54,994 nucleotides of DNA from Hyphochytrium catenoides (GCA_900088475.1 FLMG01000291.1:1-54994), one strand, 5' to 3'. Shown: positions 37,634 through 49,595, counted from the stretch's first letter. The notes: generated from the letters alone by a model not told the origin. Made by a program: numbers and translations.

Positions 37634-39556
37634 ATGGGATCGATAAGGGAAGAAGAAGCAGAGACGGGACAGTATCGTCGGCCCCAGAAGAGGCCGAAGA
37701 AATCCTCATCATTGCGGCTACCAGTGACTAGCGCCATCGGCTCCCAGGGGCGGACGAATGGTCAGAGGTCATCATCAGCAGCAACATTCACAGTCCTAAC
37801 GAGCCCTGACCTCTTGCTCTACATCAGCGCATTGCAACGTGGCCGGAGGTACGCAGACTGGCACTCTGGCGATCAGGCTGCGGCTTGCGGTCATCTTAGC
37901 TTATTGAAATTGAAGAGGAGACAAGAGGAGGAAGCTGCCAAGAGCGNNNNNNNNNNNNNNNNNNNNNNNNNNNNNNNNNNNNNNNNNNNNNNNNNNNNNN
38001 NNCTGGAACACTATCGGCAATCATTGGAGAGCTCTGTCCCTGAGCTGTTTGAGCTAGCGGCGTCTTCCGGGAACCTCGGCCTCGTTACCTGGTTAGAAGC
38101 AGAGTATTTCCACTTCAGGCCTAACGTGCAGACCGTAGTGACTGCAGTCAGAAGTGGTGATGTGAACGTCGTCCGTTGGCTCTGTCAGCGCGCTGAGTCT
38201 TTCTCCAGTGAGGAAGTACTACGGCTCATCTATCAGGCGATTGCATCGGATGGACTCAAGGCTTTGAAGTGGCTGGATGAGCGATATAGGCCTTACCCTC
38301 ACGGTGACGTGCAGGCGCCTTTACTGACGGCAATTAGAAATGGTGTCTCCGTGGACACCCTGAGGTGGGTCAGTGAGCGCTACGGCCCGCGGGAGCTATT
38401 CAAGGATGAGGATGAAGAAGAAGACTTCATGGTAGCGCTTGAATGTGTAGCCGGCGGCGCTAGCTTTCACGTCCTCTCTTGGCTCATTGAGCATGGTCGA
38501 TACGGTCGTCTTGTGCGCAAGAAGCTGTATGCCATTGTAGAGCTGGGGCTCTCGGTAGGGGAGCCACAGATCGTAGATTGGGCAAGGGAAGCAGCAGGTA
38601 TATGCTTTCACCGGATGGATCTTGATATCCACGAATGTACGCTGGCGTTCCTCTCACAGGATCCAAATCCTACTAATCCGCTCCCGTACTTGCAGTGGTA
38701 CCACGAGAGATACCCTCAGCGTGCGCGGGAGTGGGCCACCAATGAGTTGATCTCTTCTGGACTAGAAGACGACAATGTAGAACTCCTTGAGTGGCTGTAT
38801 AGTCTCCAGGTAATGACAGACGAGGAGTTCTTCTCTAACTTCAGGCCTAGGGAACTATTGCACACCCTCTCATCACCATCGCCAACGGGACCAATGGTGC
38901 TGCGCTGGCTGCATCGGGTCCGCCCACAGCTCTTTCAAGGCATTAGACCTTCCAAAGAGGACGTCACTGGCGCTGCTAGCCAGCTTGATAATCAAGAGCT
39001 GCTGCAGTGCATGGAGGATATATGGGGAGCAGATGTGATGTCTTTGATTGACATTAGAAAGGCACTGCCATTAGCTGTTAGGCAAGGGTCCTTGCGACCT
39101 GTTCGCTATCTACAGCAGCTTATGGACAGCGGACGGATTCCGGCTCCATCATCTCCGACTATTGCTGCTGCTCCCGCTGGGAGCAACGTTGCCGGTGCCG
39201 AAGATGCTGGTCATATAGTAGAATCCAGTCAACAAGAAGAAGGAGCGGATGATGCCTGGAAGAAAGAGGCCGTCATCAAAGCCACACAATGTCCAGGCAT
39301 GCCAGCATTACATTTTTTATGGGAAAGCGGCTACGACATCACTTGCGCAAGCAAAAGAGCTATTTTGCAGGCGATTGAATCCGGCTGCCTAGACACTCCG
39401 GCCTTCCTTCTGTCCAAGTCGGCCGCTGTGACAACTGTGGAGATGCTCAACACGGCAAAGCGGAAGAAGCGTTGGGAGGCACTTTATTGGCTGGCCAAAA
39501 CGGCGTCTCCGGCGGTCTATCAAGGCTGGCTCTCTTCAATTTCTGGTGAGACCTAG
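37634..39556 (+). CDS. Intronless ankyrin-repeat-like protein, copy 2 (spans N gap 37947-38002)
   Basis: ATG 37634 (MGSIREEE) matches the copy 1 start; same repeats (AASSGNLGLVTWL, AVRSGDVNVVRWL) and the same C-terminus WLSSISGE. Confidence 0.8.
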   Translation: MGSIREEEAETGQYRRPQKRPKKSSSLRLPVTSAIGSQGRTNGQRSSSAATFTVLTSPDLLLYISALQRGRRYADWHSGDQAAACGHLSLLKLKRRQEEEAAKSXXXXXXXXXXXXXXXXXXXLEHYRQSLESSVPELFELAASSGNLGLVTWLEAEYFHFRPNVQTVVTAVRSGDVNVVRWLCQRAESFSSEEVLRLIYQAIASDGLKALKWLDERYRPYPHGDVQAPLLTAIRNGVSVDTLRWVSERYGPRELFKDEDEEEDFMVALECVAGGASFHVLSWLIEHGRYGRLVRKKLYAIVELGLSVGEPQIVDWAREAAGICFHRMDLDIHECTLAFLSQDPNPTNPLPYLQWYHERYPQRAREWATNELISSGLEDDNVELLEWLYSLQVMTDEEFFSNFRPRELLHTLSSPSPTGPMVLRWLHRVRPQLFQGIRPSKEDVTGAASQLDNQELLQCMEDIWGADVMSLIDIRKALPLAVRQGSLRPVRYLQQLMDSGRIPAPSSPTIAAAPAGSNVAGAEDAGHIVESSQQEEGADDAWKKEAVIKATQCPGMPALHFLWESGYDITCASKRAILQAIESGCLDTPAFLLSKSAAVTTVEMLNTAKRKKRWEALYWLAKTASPAVYQGWLSSISGET

Positions 39557-42253
39557 GGAATACGAGTACGTGGTGCTGGAAGATGGGCCCTCCTCCAGCA
39601 GTTGGGCAGATAGCATCTACTCAAGACGGTCATCCTCTTCGAAAGAACTGTTGGGCAACAATGGACTATTGATCAACCCCAATGAAGGAGCAGCTCGTCG
39701 TGGAAGGGGCAATGAGAAGATTACGTGAAAGGTAAAGTCTTCTCTCCATCAAGAAGGTCGGCAGGCACAAATTACTAAGGACAGAGGTTCTCAGAGACGG
39801 TTTCCCATGTGGAAGGACGAAGGCAGGTAGAGCGTGCTCCCTTCTCAAACGTCGGACGTATATACTTCGATGTTGAGCCTACTACTGTGGGTCAGGCGCT
39901 GATGGTTGGTGGCTAGGGCAACAAAGAAGAGCGGATGAGCTGGTGGCGCATACTACGAGCCCGTACTGTCTCTGACTGTGGGAGGAGCAGTTGAAGGCAT
40001 CACGAATGACCCAGGTCCTACTAGCTCCTCAAAAACCATTTCCTGGAGGCCTGGTGGTGGTATTAGCCTTCTTTTGTTCGAGTAATGTTGCTACCGAGCG
40101 CGGAGGGCCGTAGCGTTAAAGACAGCAGAGTTTTAGGGCCGGGGGAGCTAGCGCGATCTGAGCAGGAGGAGCTAGCGCCATCTGTATCTCTCTTTTTCCC
40201 CTTCTCCTCCTTCCAAGATTGAGGTGACAGCCGGTTGATGAGTGAGGAAGGACCACCTCCTATTCTGCCTATGTACATTCTGTCTATGTGTTAGGAATTA
40301 TGTTAAACCTGCTACTCGTGCTTTCTTATGCCGCCTACAGGAGGAGGCTGCCTTATTATGGTTGGCTCGTCTCCTTTCTCAAATCTTCTTCATCAGGTCA
40401 ATCAGCCATCTTCCACTATCATGGAGAGGGGCCAGGCGGTCTCCTATCATCTATCTCCACTCCATAGCATTGACAAATAATCGATGCTGACAAACATGCT
40501 GCAGCTGACCGATCACTAGGAATGAGAGCCGTCAACTTCACTTGTTTCAGGCAGTTCCGTATCGCCCATTCCTTGAGATTAGAGGGCGCACAGAGTGTCA
40601 CAAGAAGAACCGCTTCTTCCGAGCGTAGCTTCTTATTACATAGCAAGAAGGGTCAAGAGGGATATGAGTCAGAGGAGAAGCCCTTACTAAGAACAATAGT
40701 TCTATCAAGGAAGACACCTCATCAAGAAGAAGAGAAGCTCTTAGAGAACAATCCGCGTTTGTAGGCGCCATTTATATAAATGTATCCTTGGCTCACTTCA
40801 TCTCATGACAGCTTAGGCCCTGCCTTTGCTTGGTCCTACTACTACCAGGCCCGGGAGAACCTTAGAAATGGACAAAGGATGAAGCAAAGAAGGAGGAGGA
40901 AAAGAGAACGACGCTAAAAGGAGACGGTTTGCCGGGCAGGACGACGCGTCGGCGTGACACGATCTCTCCCACAGACACGATGGTAGCGATGATGTCTCCT
41001 TCTTCTCCCGCATCCATGTTACCATCGGCATCTGGTCCTGCTCGGGCGCTGACGCCCAGAAGCGTTTTGCGTAGAAGGGTAACACTACGGCTTATAACTT
41101 CATTTTATAAATGAAGGCAACATCAGGGAAACCACCTCGGCATCGATGAAGAAGATGTTGGACAGACGGATCTTGCACGATCTCTGTAACAACGCTCCTG
41201 ATGGCGTAGTGCCTCCTGCAGTGTCCTCTTGACTTCAAGAGCTGGGTGGAGACCAACCAGACAATAGCGGGCTCTCATTCTCGCTGTTGCAGCTTCTGTT
41301 CCTTGCCCTATGCTACTGGTCGATTAGGTTCAACAAGGAGATTGTCATAAGATGTTTGGCAATATTACGGTTCAGAACAAACAAGTCCAACATGCTGCGA
41401 TCCTGTTCTGCCTTGCTTAGAAGTTTATACATCATCACTCTCCACCTAGGAGGAGGTATGTTCCTGTCGATGTGTCACACAAATGGTGCATATGTGCAAT
41501 CTCCCTGCTCCGGACATCCGTCCACTGGCTCTGTCTTGTCAGCAGGCACCTTACTGCCCTGGCCTATTGCAAGGGCCTTTTGCGCCATTCACCACCTCAG
41601 CGTCGTATCGTCGTTGGTGTCATAATCGTTCTCCTACCCTCAACTCCTCGCCTTTTCCGTTCTCCTCCTCTTCAATCAGTTCCCAGCAATGGCAGCAGTT
41701 TGGGCAACTTCGGCATTTCAAGGACACACAGGGGAGAAGATTCTTCAACTAAATGGCTCATGGTTATAGCTTTAGCCTGGCAACAAAGAGGAGTGCTTCT
41801 AGAAGCTGTCCTTCTTCATAGATATCTCATATACACTGTCACCAACGACCATGTGGCGGATATTGCTGGATATCCTCCCATCGTCGCAACTCCGCCCCCC
41901 TTCATGTTGCTCCCACGCTGCTTGTCATCAGTGCCATTAAGCTGGCTCTCTGTAGCTCGAGCAATAGTAGTGGTGGTTCTGCTTGCAAGAGTATTACTGT
42001 TCCTATCTCTAATAGTAGGATCTCTTTATCACGTTGATCATCTCACCAGCCAGCAGCAGCGTCGACGGCCATCGGTGCCTGACGACGAAGATGATGATGG
42101 CACCACTTCCACTGATGATGTTTGACAGCCGAGCGAACAAGAGCTGCACTACAGAAGAAAGATCATGTAACGACCATGGAGGAGGGTGAAAGGGGACTAT
42201 GGAGGGCACAGGGTGAAGGAGGAGGAGGAGGAAGGAGGAAGGCACCATCAATC

Positions 42254-42513
42254 AAACGGGAATTTTTTACCCGTTTTATTCGGCCAAAATCACTTTTCCT
42301 GCCCACAGTAAGTCAATGACCGGCTTGGCTTTTTTATTTTATTTATAAATGCAAAGCAAAAAACTAGATAAAAACTCGCCAACTCTTTGATAGAGTTTGT
42401 CTATGGTTTTTATACTTTTAGCAAATTATATCCATAGTTTTATATAATAGTAATAAGAACTATGGATATTATAATGCAAGCCAGAGTAGCGACAGCCCAG
42501 TGTTTTACACTGT
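42254..42513. other. AT-rich island made of consecutive inverted repeats
   Basis: aaacggg..cccgttt; ataaaaac(42368)..aactct-ttgat-agagtt..gtttttat(42413); atatccatagtt(42428)..aactatggatat(42469); cagtgt-ttt-acactg. Confidence 0.6.
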
Positions 42514-44607
42514 CGAGCAGAGCCTAGATATCAAGGCAAGGAGAAAAAGGCAAATCTAAGAAGCTGTGGGACGGAGCTCCCTTGTCCCACCTTCAAGATC
42601 CAAACAAGAGAGAGAGAGAAAGAGATATACAGAAGAAACGAGACAGAGAAGGTGGTCCTGGGAGGGGTAACGTGTAATGTTCAAACGAGGAAGAGTAGTT
42701 TCCACCACACCAAATCTTCCTCTCTCCTCCCTCTCTCTCTCTCTCTCTCTCTGTTGCTCTCTCCTCTCTTCTCATGTTCATGTCTCTTTCTCTCTCTCTC
42801 GCTTGTTTCGCTCTAAAGGCTCATTCTGTCATCTCTAGGAAGTGCCTTAGCAGTCTATGATTGACCTGGACGCTCTCGTCTCCTGCTGCCGCATCTTCTT
42901 CTGGTGGGACGATGAGGGGATTGACGCTGCTACTTATTGGACATCAACGTAAGGCCCACAGAAGAAGGGAGGAGGGACAGCTTCACCACATCATCGCCCA
43001 TGGGAATGTGGGTCAGAACCTATACAGGAGAGTAGAAGAGGTACAAGAGCAGTGACAAGAAGGAAAAAGAGACTGATATCTTTTAGCAAAGACAGCCAAC
43101 GGCACAAGAAGAAGACAGGGCACCACCACGGCAGACAACCAAGCGTCAACTATCGAGTGGCCTAGGGTGGACAGCACAGCAAGAGGTGGTGAGAGCATCA
43201 TCAGCGACGCAGAGTGAGAAGATTGACTCTTGGACCTTGCACAACGAAGATGTGAAGACCGCCAGCTGGCGGTGGAGAGATCTAGCGTATCTTATGGCGG
43301 TGCAGCCCTCCATGGCAAGGGACGAGTGCGCTGGCCCTAAGATTCGGACGGTCGGCCTTGATTCTGTTTTTCTTATTCTTGCCCATGCTGGAATATTCAA
43401 AGAGGATAGAGTGATGGACGCCCCTGCTCTCGTTCTCTCTCTCTCTCTTTCTCGCTCTCTGCTGTCTCTTTCTCTCTCTCTCTCTCTTGCTCTGTGGCTC
43501 CTTCTCTCCTCTCTTCCCCCATCGCCATTGACTTGGACAACTGGAGCGCCATGATGAGAAGGAAGATTGGTATTTTCAGGTCTTTCCTGACAGATTTTTT
43601 CCACCTGATACGGAGCTCGCTGCACTGGCATCAAAACCGTTGATTCTAATTCAGAACCCTCTCTTTCTGCTCTCACCTTGTCCTTCTCTCCGTTTGGCTC
43701 GCCCGCCATCATTACGGGTGGGAATCAGTTAGGACCTCATCTTATTCTGAAGCTTTGTCAATGGCTTCAAAGCCTTTGAGGCGACCCATGGCACAGCGCT
43801 CGTCGGAGTTTTATCCTTTGTGGCCTACCAGCCACATTTCGTCCCATCATCACGTTATGAGAGCGTCACCCCAAGGCAACAAGAGAAAGAGATCAATAGA
43901 TGATGATAGAGAGCCTGCCCAAAGGGAAGAGGAACAAGATCTGGCACATATATATGTATTGAAGTGCAGAGAGGTTAAACAGGGTAACCGAACAGCAAGA
44001 GATGATGAGAGTTTGTGTCTCCTACAATGGACAAATAAACCAGCAGCAGCATGAAGCCACAAGCAATCCAGAAGCCGCAAGGTGAATAAGGCAGGCAGAT
44101 GAAGAAGGAGAGAGAGGGAAAGAGTGCACGAAGAGAGAAAGAAGATGGTGCGAAAACAGAGGAGGGTAGCTTCTGTCCTTTGGCCATTGAAGGCTCCAAA
44201 TATTAGAAAAGTAGTGACAGACCACTGACAAGTGACTTCAACAACAAAGACGATGAGGGCAGAACCTCCGAAAGATCGCGCCGGCCATCTCCTGTCATGT
44301 CGAATCCCCTAGGTGAGGAGTTAGGAAGAAGGGATAGGGAAGAGATAAGACGGGGGGAGAAAGAGAGATAGAGAAGAGCTGGAAGGAGCAAGATTTGAGA
44401 AGGCAGAGTAGTTGACAGCCTCTTCCTTGTTTTGAGATGGACGGCGCTTCTTGGACGGCACTTCTTGCTCGCTCGTTGTCCTTTCCCTCCGACTTTCACA
44501 AAGCAACTTTCCCAGTGCCAATCACTTCAGCCTAAGAACCACAAGAAGATCAGGTCCTCGTCCGCCCTTCTTTCAGAACCTCTCTTCCCCACACCTTCAA
44601 CATCAAC

Positions 44608-45228
44608 ATGAAGCTCTCTATCGCTGGACTTGCTGCCGCTCTCTTCGCCGTTGCTGGCGCTGCCGATGTCGCCTCCCCACCTCAGGACAAGATCACCGTG
44701 GACCTGGTGACCGTGAACGGCTCTGGATGCCCTCCTGGCTCTACAGCTGTCGCTGTAGCTCCTGACAACACGGCCTTCACCGTCACGTACAGCTCCTACA
44801 TGGCTTCTGCAGGCTATGGCACTCAGCCCACTGACTCCAGAAAGAACTGCCAGCTGGCAGTCCAGGTGCATGTTCCTCAGGGCTTCACCTACGCCGTTGC
44901 TAAGGCTGACTACAGAGGTTTTGCTAACCTTGCTGACGGCGCCAGCGGTTCTCAGCGCGCTTCTTACTACTTCCAGGGCATGTCTGAGACCACCCGCACC
45001 ACCCATCTCTTCAACGGCCCTATGGAAGACAACTGGCAGGTGACCGACGTAGCCGATGTGGCTGCTATCGTCTACCATCCTTGCGGCGCTAAGAGAAACC
45101 TTAACATCAACACTGAGGTTCGGGTGAACAAGGGCACCTCTAACGCTCAGTCCACCAGCTTCATCAACATGGACTCCACTGATGCCTCCATCAGCACTGT
45201 CTACCACTTCCACTGGAAGCGCTGTTAA
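44608..45228 (+). CDS. Secreted DUF4360-family protein, copy 1 (206 aa)
   Basis: Signal peptide MKLSIAGLAAALFAVAGA; motifs VNGSGCP, DNTAFTVTYS, RKNCQL, ADYRGFA, SYYFQG, NINTEVRV, MDSTD; terminal WKRC; four Cys; intronless with strong codon bias. Confidence 0.92.
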   Translation: MKLSIAGLAAALFAVAGAADVASPPQDKITVDLVTVNGSGCPPGSTAVAVAPDNTAFTVTYSSYMASAGYGTQPTDSRKNCQLAVQVHVPQGFTYAVAKADYRGFANLADGASGSQRASYYFQGMSETTRTTHLFNGPMEDNWQVTDVADVAAIVYHPCGAKRNLNINTEVRVNKGTSNAQSTSFINMDSTDASISTVYHFHWKRC

Positions 45229-45989
45229 GCTCATCGTCGCTCTCACAATGCAGGCTGTCCCTTACTCAGGCACTCGGTCTTTCTCCAAAGAGTGATATCG
45301 TCCAACGAAACGTAGGAGAGGGTCTGATGGCTTACTAGCGATGGTTCATATGAGACAGTAGAGAGAGAGCGCGATAGCCAGAGAGTAAATACCTTTTTCA
45401 AATTGATTATAATGAGAATCTTTGTGTCCGCTTTTCTACCTTGACGCCTTGCTTGCTTGGACGATTACCGCCACATTGCGTCAGACGTAAGCTGAAGGAA
45501 GCACCGACTCGTTGATCTTCTTTCGTTCATCACATGTTCCTCCCTCACAAGTTCGTCCTCATCAACACCTAATAAGAAACCTCTTTCGCATCTACAAAGA
45601 GCTATTGTTACAATGAGTGATGGCCTCAGGAAGGTAGGGCGGTACGACGTTTTAAGGGAAGAGTATCTGTTCAGCGAGATACAGGAGAAGCTGTTTGACC
45701 TCCTCCGATTCCCACATCCATCGATCACAGGTGACAGACCACCATCACATGTGACAAAGCGACAACATGGACGGCAGAAAAAGCAATCAACCAGTCAGTG
45801 GTAGATGCAAGAGTTGGACGGGTACTTTGATTTGGAAGCAAGAGGATCATACCACCAGCAGGATGTACAGCTCTTCTGAGATAGGTGTGCCACCGGCGCC
45901 ATCTGCCCTTTATATGTTCACAGGAGTATATGATGGATCTGGGGACGACCTTCTAAATGGACCAATCCGCCTTCGTCACCGTTGCAAAG

Positions 45990-46121
45990 TAGCTCTCGAG
46001 GAAAGGAGAAGGAGATCCCTACCTACCATCTCTCTCTCCCAGTACCGCTTGGACCATCAGAAGACTATCACAGCTGGGAACTAGCTCTCGAGGACAGAGA
46101 AGGAGATCCCTACTACCTATC
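45990..46121. repeat. ~40-bp direct repeat with 92-bp spacing
   Basis: tagctctcgagga..agaaggagatccctac..acc at 45990 and 46082. Confidence 0.75.
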
Positions 46122-49100
46122 AGTGGCAATGCATCTCTGCATGAGACCAAAGGCCCCACTATAATGATGGGTTCCTGTTGGTCGGAACCCAATCTGCGGG
46201 ACTTTCTAGGAGCAACAACTCATCTTTGACTAGTTCAACGGCGACCGATTGCGCTAGCAAAAGTTCCCCTTAGCGCGACGCTTCGAAAGCACTGAGCTTA
46301 GTTGTCTTATGGGTCCGTATGTATTATCTGTGGCTTAGTAAGGATGACTGTCGTTGAAGATGGAGGTTGGGCTTTGACCTTGAAGCAGTGGCGGCAATAA
46401 TGGGGCAGAGGTATCACTTGGAAAAGGCAGACCTCTCTTTAGGGATACTCGTAGGTGACAGTAATACCCTTTGCAGCGCTCTACAAGTTCACATGTGTCT
46501 CCTTAATACTGCACGTGTGGCCTTGGACTACCTGGGCTGTCATCATGGGGTCACAATGCTAATACTTTTCGATAGGGAGGAAGAGTCAATCACAATAGGC
46601 GGCGCATCTCTCGTATGTAGGCAGGCGGGCTTCTCCCACAACTTCTTGGGAGCACTGCAAAGAGCAACGTGCCCAGCGATTCAGCCCTCATGGTACCCTC
46701 CTCCAGGTGGCTTCATCCAATGCTCCAACGTCAACCTGCCTCACCTACCTTTCTGAGCAACTATGATGGGGAGATGGGTGGTAGAGGAAGAATAGAGGTT
46801 ATACTCTTCGAACCAGATGCTTCCCTCTTTGCTACTGCTTTTCATGAGGACCAATGATGATAGAACCAAAGGAAAGCAGGACCGACCACTATCGATCTGG
46901 GCTGACCTAAGATGATGAGAACTAGTGGTAACCTGCATGGTCTTCTAATTCTGCCTAACTCAGGTTATCCTTTGCTACGGATCTTTGACTCTCATCAATC
47001 TTGTCTCTGTTGCCCCTGCTCATGACTCACGATGCGTGATTTCTTCTCCTCCTCTTCAATTATATGTTGACCATGGTGCCTCAGGTCAAGACGCACGGTT
47101 TTCTTTCTCCCCCTTTTCTTGCTGACCTTTGCAGCGAGCGTTGTTCAGCAGGTTAAAACGTTGGCCCCAATTAGGTTCTTACCGAAGAAGTGGTTTAGCA
47201 TTGCTTACTCCTCGCTAGGCTACGTTTCTGTATGCCATCACCACCTCTCTTCTTCTGGTGCCTCCTTCTCCTTCATCTTCTTCATATCTTCAACATAAAA
47301 AGGACGACACATTTTTACAAAGAGCGAGACAGAGGAACAGTAAGAAGCTGCTCATCAAACCATTGGGTCATCTTTCGGTCAGAAGAAGAACAGAGAAGAA
47401 GGAGCGGCGGGCCGGCAGCGACGTAGTTCTATAAACGTCTTGTCCTTGTTTGCATGGAGGACGGCATGGTGGTGCACTACTTACTACTACTGCCTATCAT
47501 CCACCACCCATCGTGACGACGATGATCATGGTGGTGGCGGGCTCTGGCTAATAATCTCCCCGTTGTAGTGCCTCCTTTCCCCCTCCTCCTTCTTCCCTCT
47601 TCTTCTCAGATGATGGGCTGACCTAAATGTTCTTCCCGCTCGGCATCGACGAAGCCGCAGCAGTAGAGGAGGTCAGGCAGCACGGCCAACAGTACTTCTC
47701 CGCTTTGTGTTACTACTGTGTGTGTGTGACTACAGCTGATGGTTGGGCTGGCGCTGTTGATGACTAGAAGAAAGCCCTACTCGTACTACTGTACTACTAT
47801 TGTAGTAGCTCTATGGATATTTGCAGGCCGTGCGTGGCCTATGATCCCTATGGCTATGGCTTATGATAGATCTTATTAGAACTATCAGAACAATTTTCTT
47901 TCTGAATAACTGACAGGACATCATCAGAACCTTTTTAAACTTGAAGATGACTGGGTAGGTCTCCTTCTGGGGACCCACCGGTTTCTCAGGTTTGATAGCT
48001 AGCATAAATTCTCCCATGGTCCGGGCAACAAGTTGTCCTGTCTTTTCTTGTAGGCGAGACAGGGCTTGTGGGTCCACCTACATTACTGCTGGCCACAAAA
48101 TGCCGAAGCTGTTCTGAAAAGGAACCCAAATTTATTTCAAGTTCTAGACGGGTAGGGCTTGCAGAGAAGAGGAGCTATACTCGCTTGTTATTATACTGGC
48201 GAGTTCTAGCATTTGTAGTAGTGTTGAAATTTCCTTGATCCTTCATAGTGTACACAACAGGATTTTGCTGGGTTATTTTACCGTTTGCTCGAGGTAATAA
48301 GGAGTATAATGAATGGGCAAATTAGAACTTTTATTACGTAGATTGATTACTGTATGGAGTATAATGAATAATAAGGAGTACATTTTTTAGGTGAAAAGTT
48401 TGTTGCTGCTACATTCTTTGGTAATAATAAGAATGTACGTTTAGAACTTAGTCCCTTGACTACTCTAATTTGGTAAGAGCAACCTGGTCTTATTATTGGT
48501 GCTTGTTATTCTGGGCAACAGAACCCGATCTTTGGACATTCCCAGAGTCCTAAGGTTTCGCTGTTTCTGTTTGTCCCATCTGCCTCTTCCCTCGTTCTCA
48601 GCGTCTGCAATCTTTCCCGTACTTCATTGGAAGCTCAATCAACATTCAACAGCAGGCATTAGACAGGGCACTGCTGCTGGTCAGTGTCAGAGCATAAGAT
48701 GTTAGCCTTTCACAGGTCTGCGCGGATTTCTTGAGTATAAAAATAAAGACTACAAGCAGCCGCTGTAGGAGTCTAGAGAGTCAAGAGACGTTCTTAGATA
48801 TCAGAAGGCAAAGGGAAGATAGTCCTACCTAGTCCCTGAGGCTGTGCCTGGGGGGCAACGAAGTAGTAAAAGGACCAAAAGATGAAGGGCCAGTGCACTT
48901 CCTGCTCCTTCCGATCATCCCACTTCTAATTAGTATGAGTTTCTTTTTACTGGAGAGTTTGTCAGTCTTTCCCCCTCTTCTTCTCTTTCCTCCGCTGCAT
49001 TGTATCCCCCTCCTCTCCCCATCATCGTTTTCTTTGGCCTAAAGTTATGACTGCCGCGTCACTTCGCTGTTTATCCTACTCGAGGTTCTACCACATCACT

Positions 49101-49595
49101 TCGTGCTGCTCATGCAACGCTCCTTATCCTCCCACGTCTCCCGCTCTTTTCTTTGTCTTCTTGGCCCCTTCACAGCGACGGCAAGCAGTCGTCCATGTTA
49201 GCACCGACAATATCTTTTACGTTCAACCATAAAAAAGGAGAGTAGCAGAGGATAAATTGGATGTTGAAAGTTCTGCTAGGCAGGCAACAGCCCAGGCAAC
49301 ATCTTGCTTCCAGGATCCTCACCTTCTTAGCTAGCAACCCCTCGCTAACGTACCGCATCAACTGCTCCCAAGCACCATTTCCTCTCAAAGCTGCTCTTTT
49401 TCCTTACTCCATTGGTGTTTAGCTAAGACTTTCTTCCCTTTATCAACTCGTCTCCTCTCCTTCCCTTCTGTTAGAGGGCCGCCTTTCTAGAGAAGTCGCA
49501 GCTCCTCCTCAGCAACCTCACTATCAATCTTTCTCGCATCCTGAGACCCAGAACAAAGCCACCAGGAGCATCACAGCAAACGTGCTAGACAAAAC

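Larger units (their letters stand above)
32060..40635 (+). repeat. Tandem segmental duplication: unit 1 ~32060-36200, unit 2 ~36615-40635, each with an ankyrin-like gene and ~1 kb flanks
   Basis: Alignable upstream blocks (32262-32295 vs 36783-36816; 32461-32590 vs 36983-37112) and downstream blocks (ggcggtctcctatcatctatct..catagcattgacaaata at ~36003 and ~40434). Boundaries are approximate. Confidence 0.85.

Noticed and set aside
44527-45246. 239-aa antisense ORF over DUF4360 copy 1
   Set aside because: Shadow ORF caused by the strong codon bias of the sense gene
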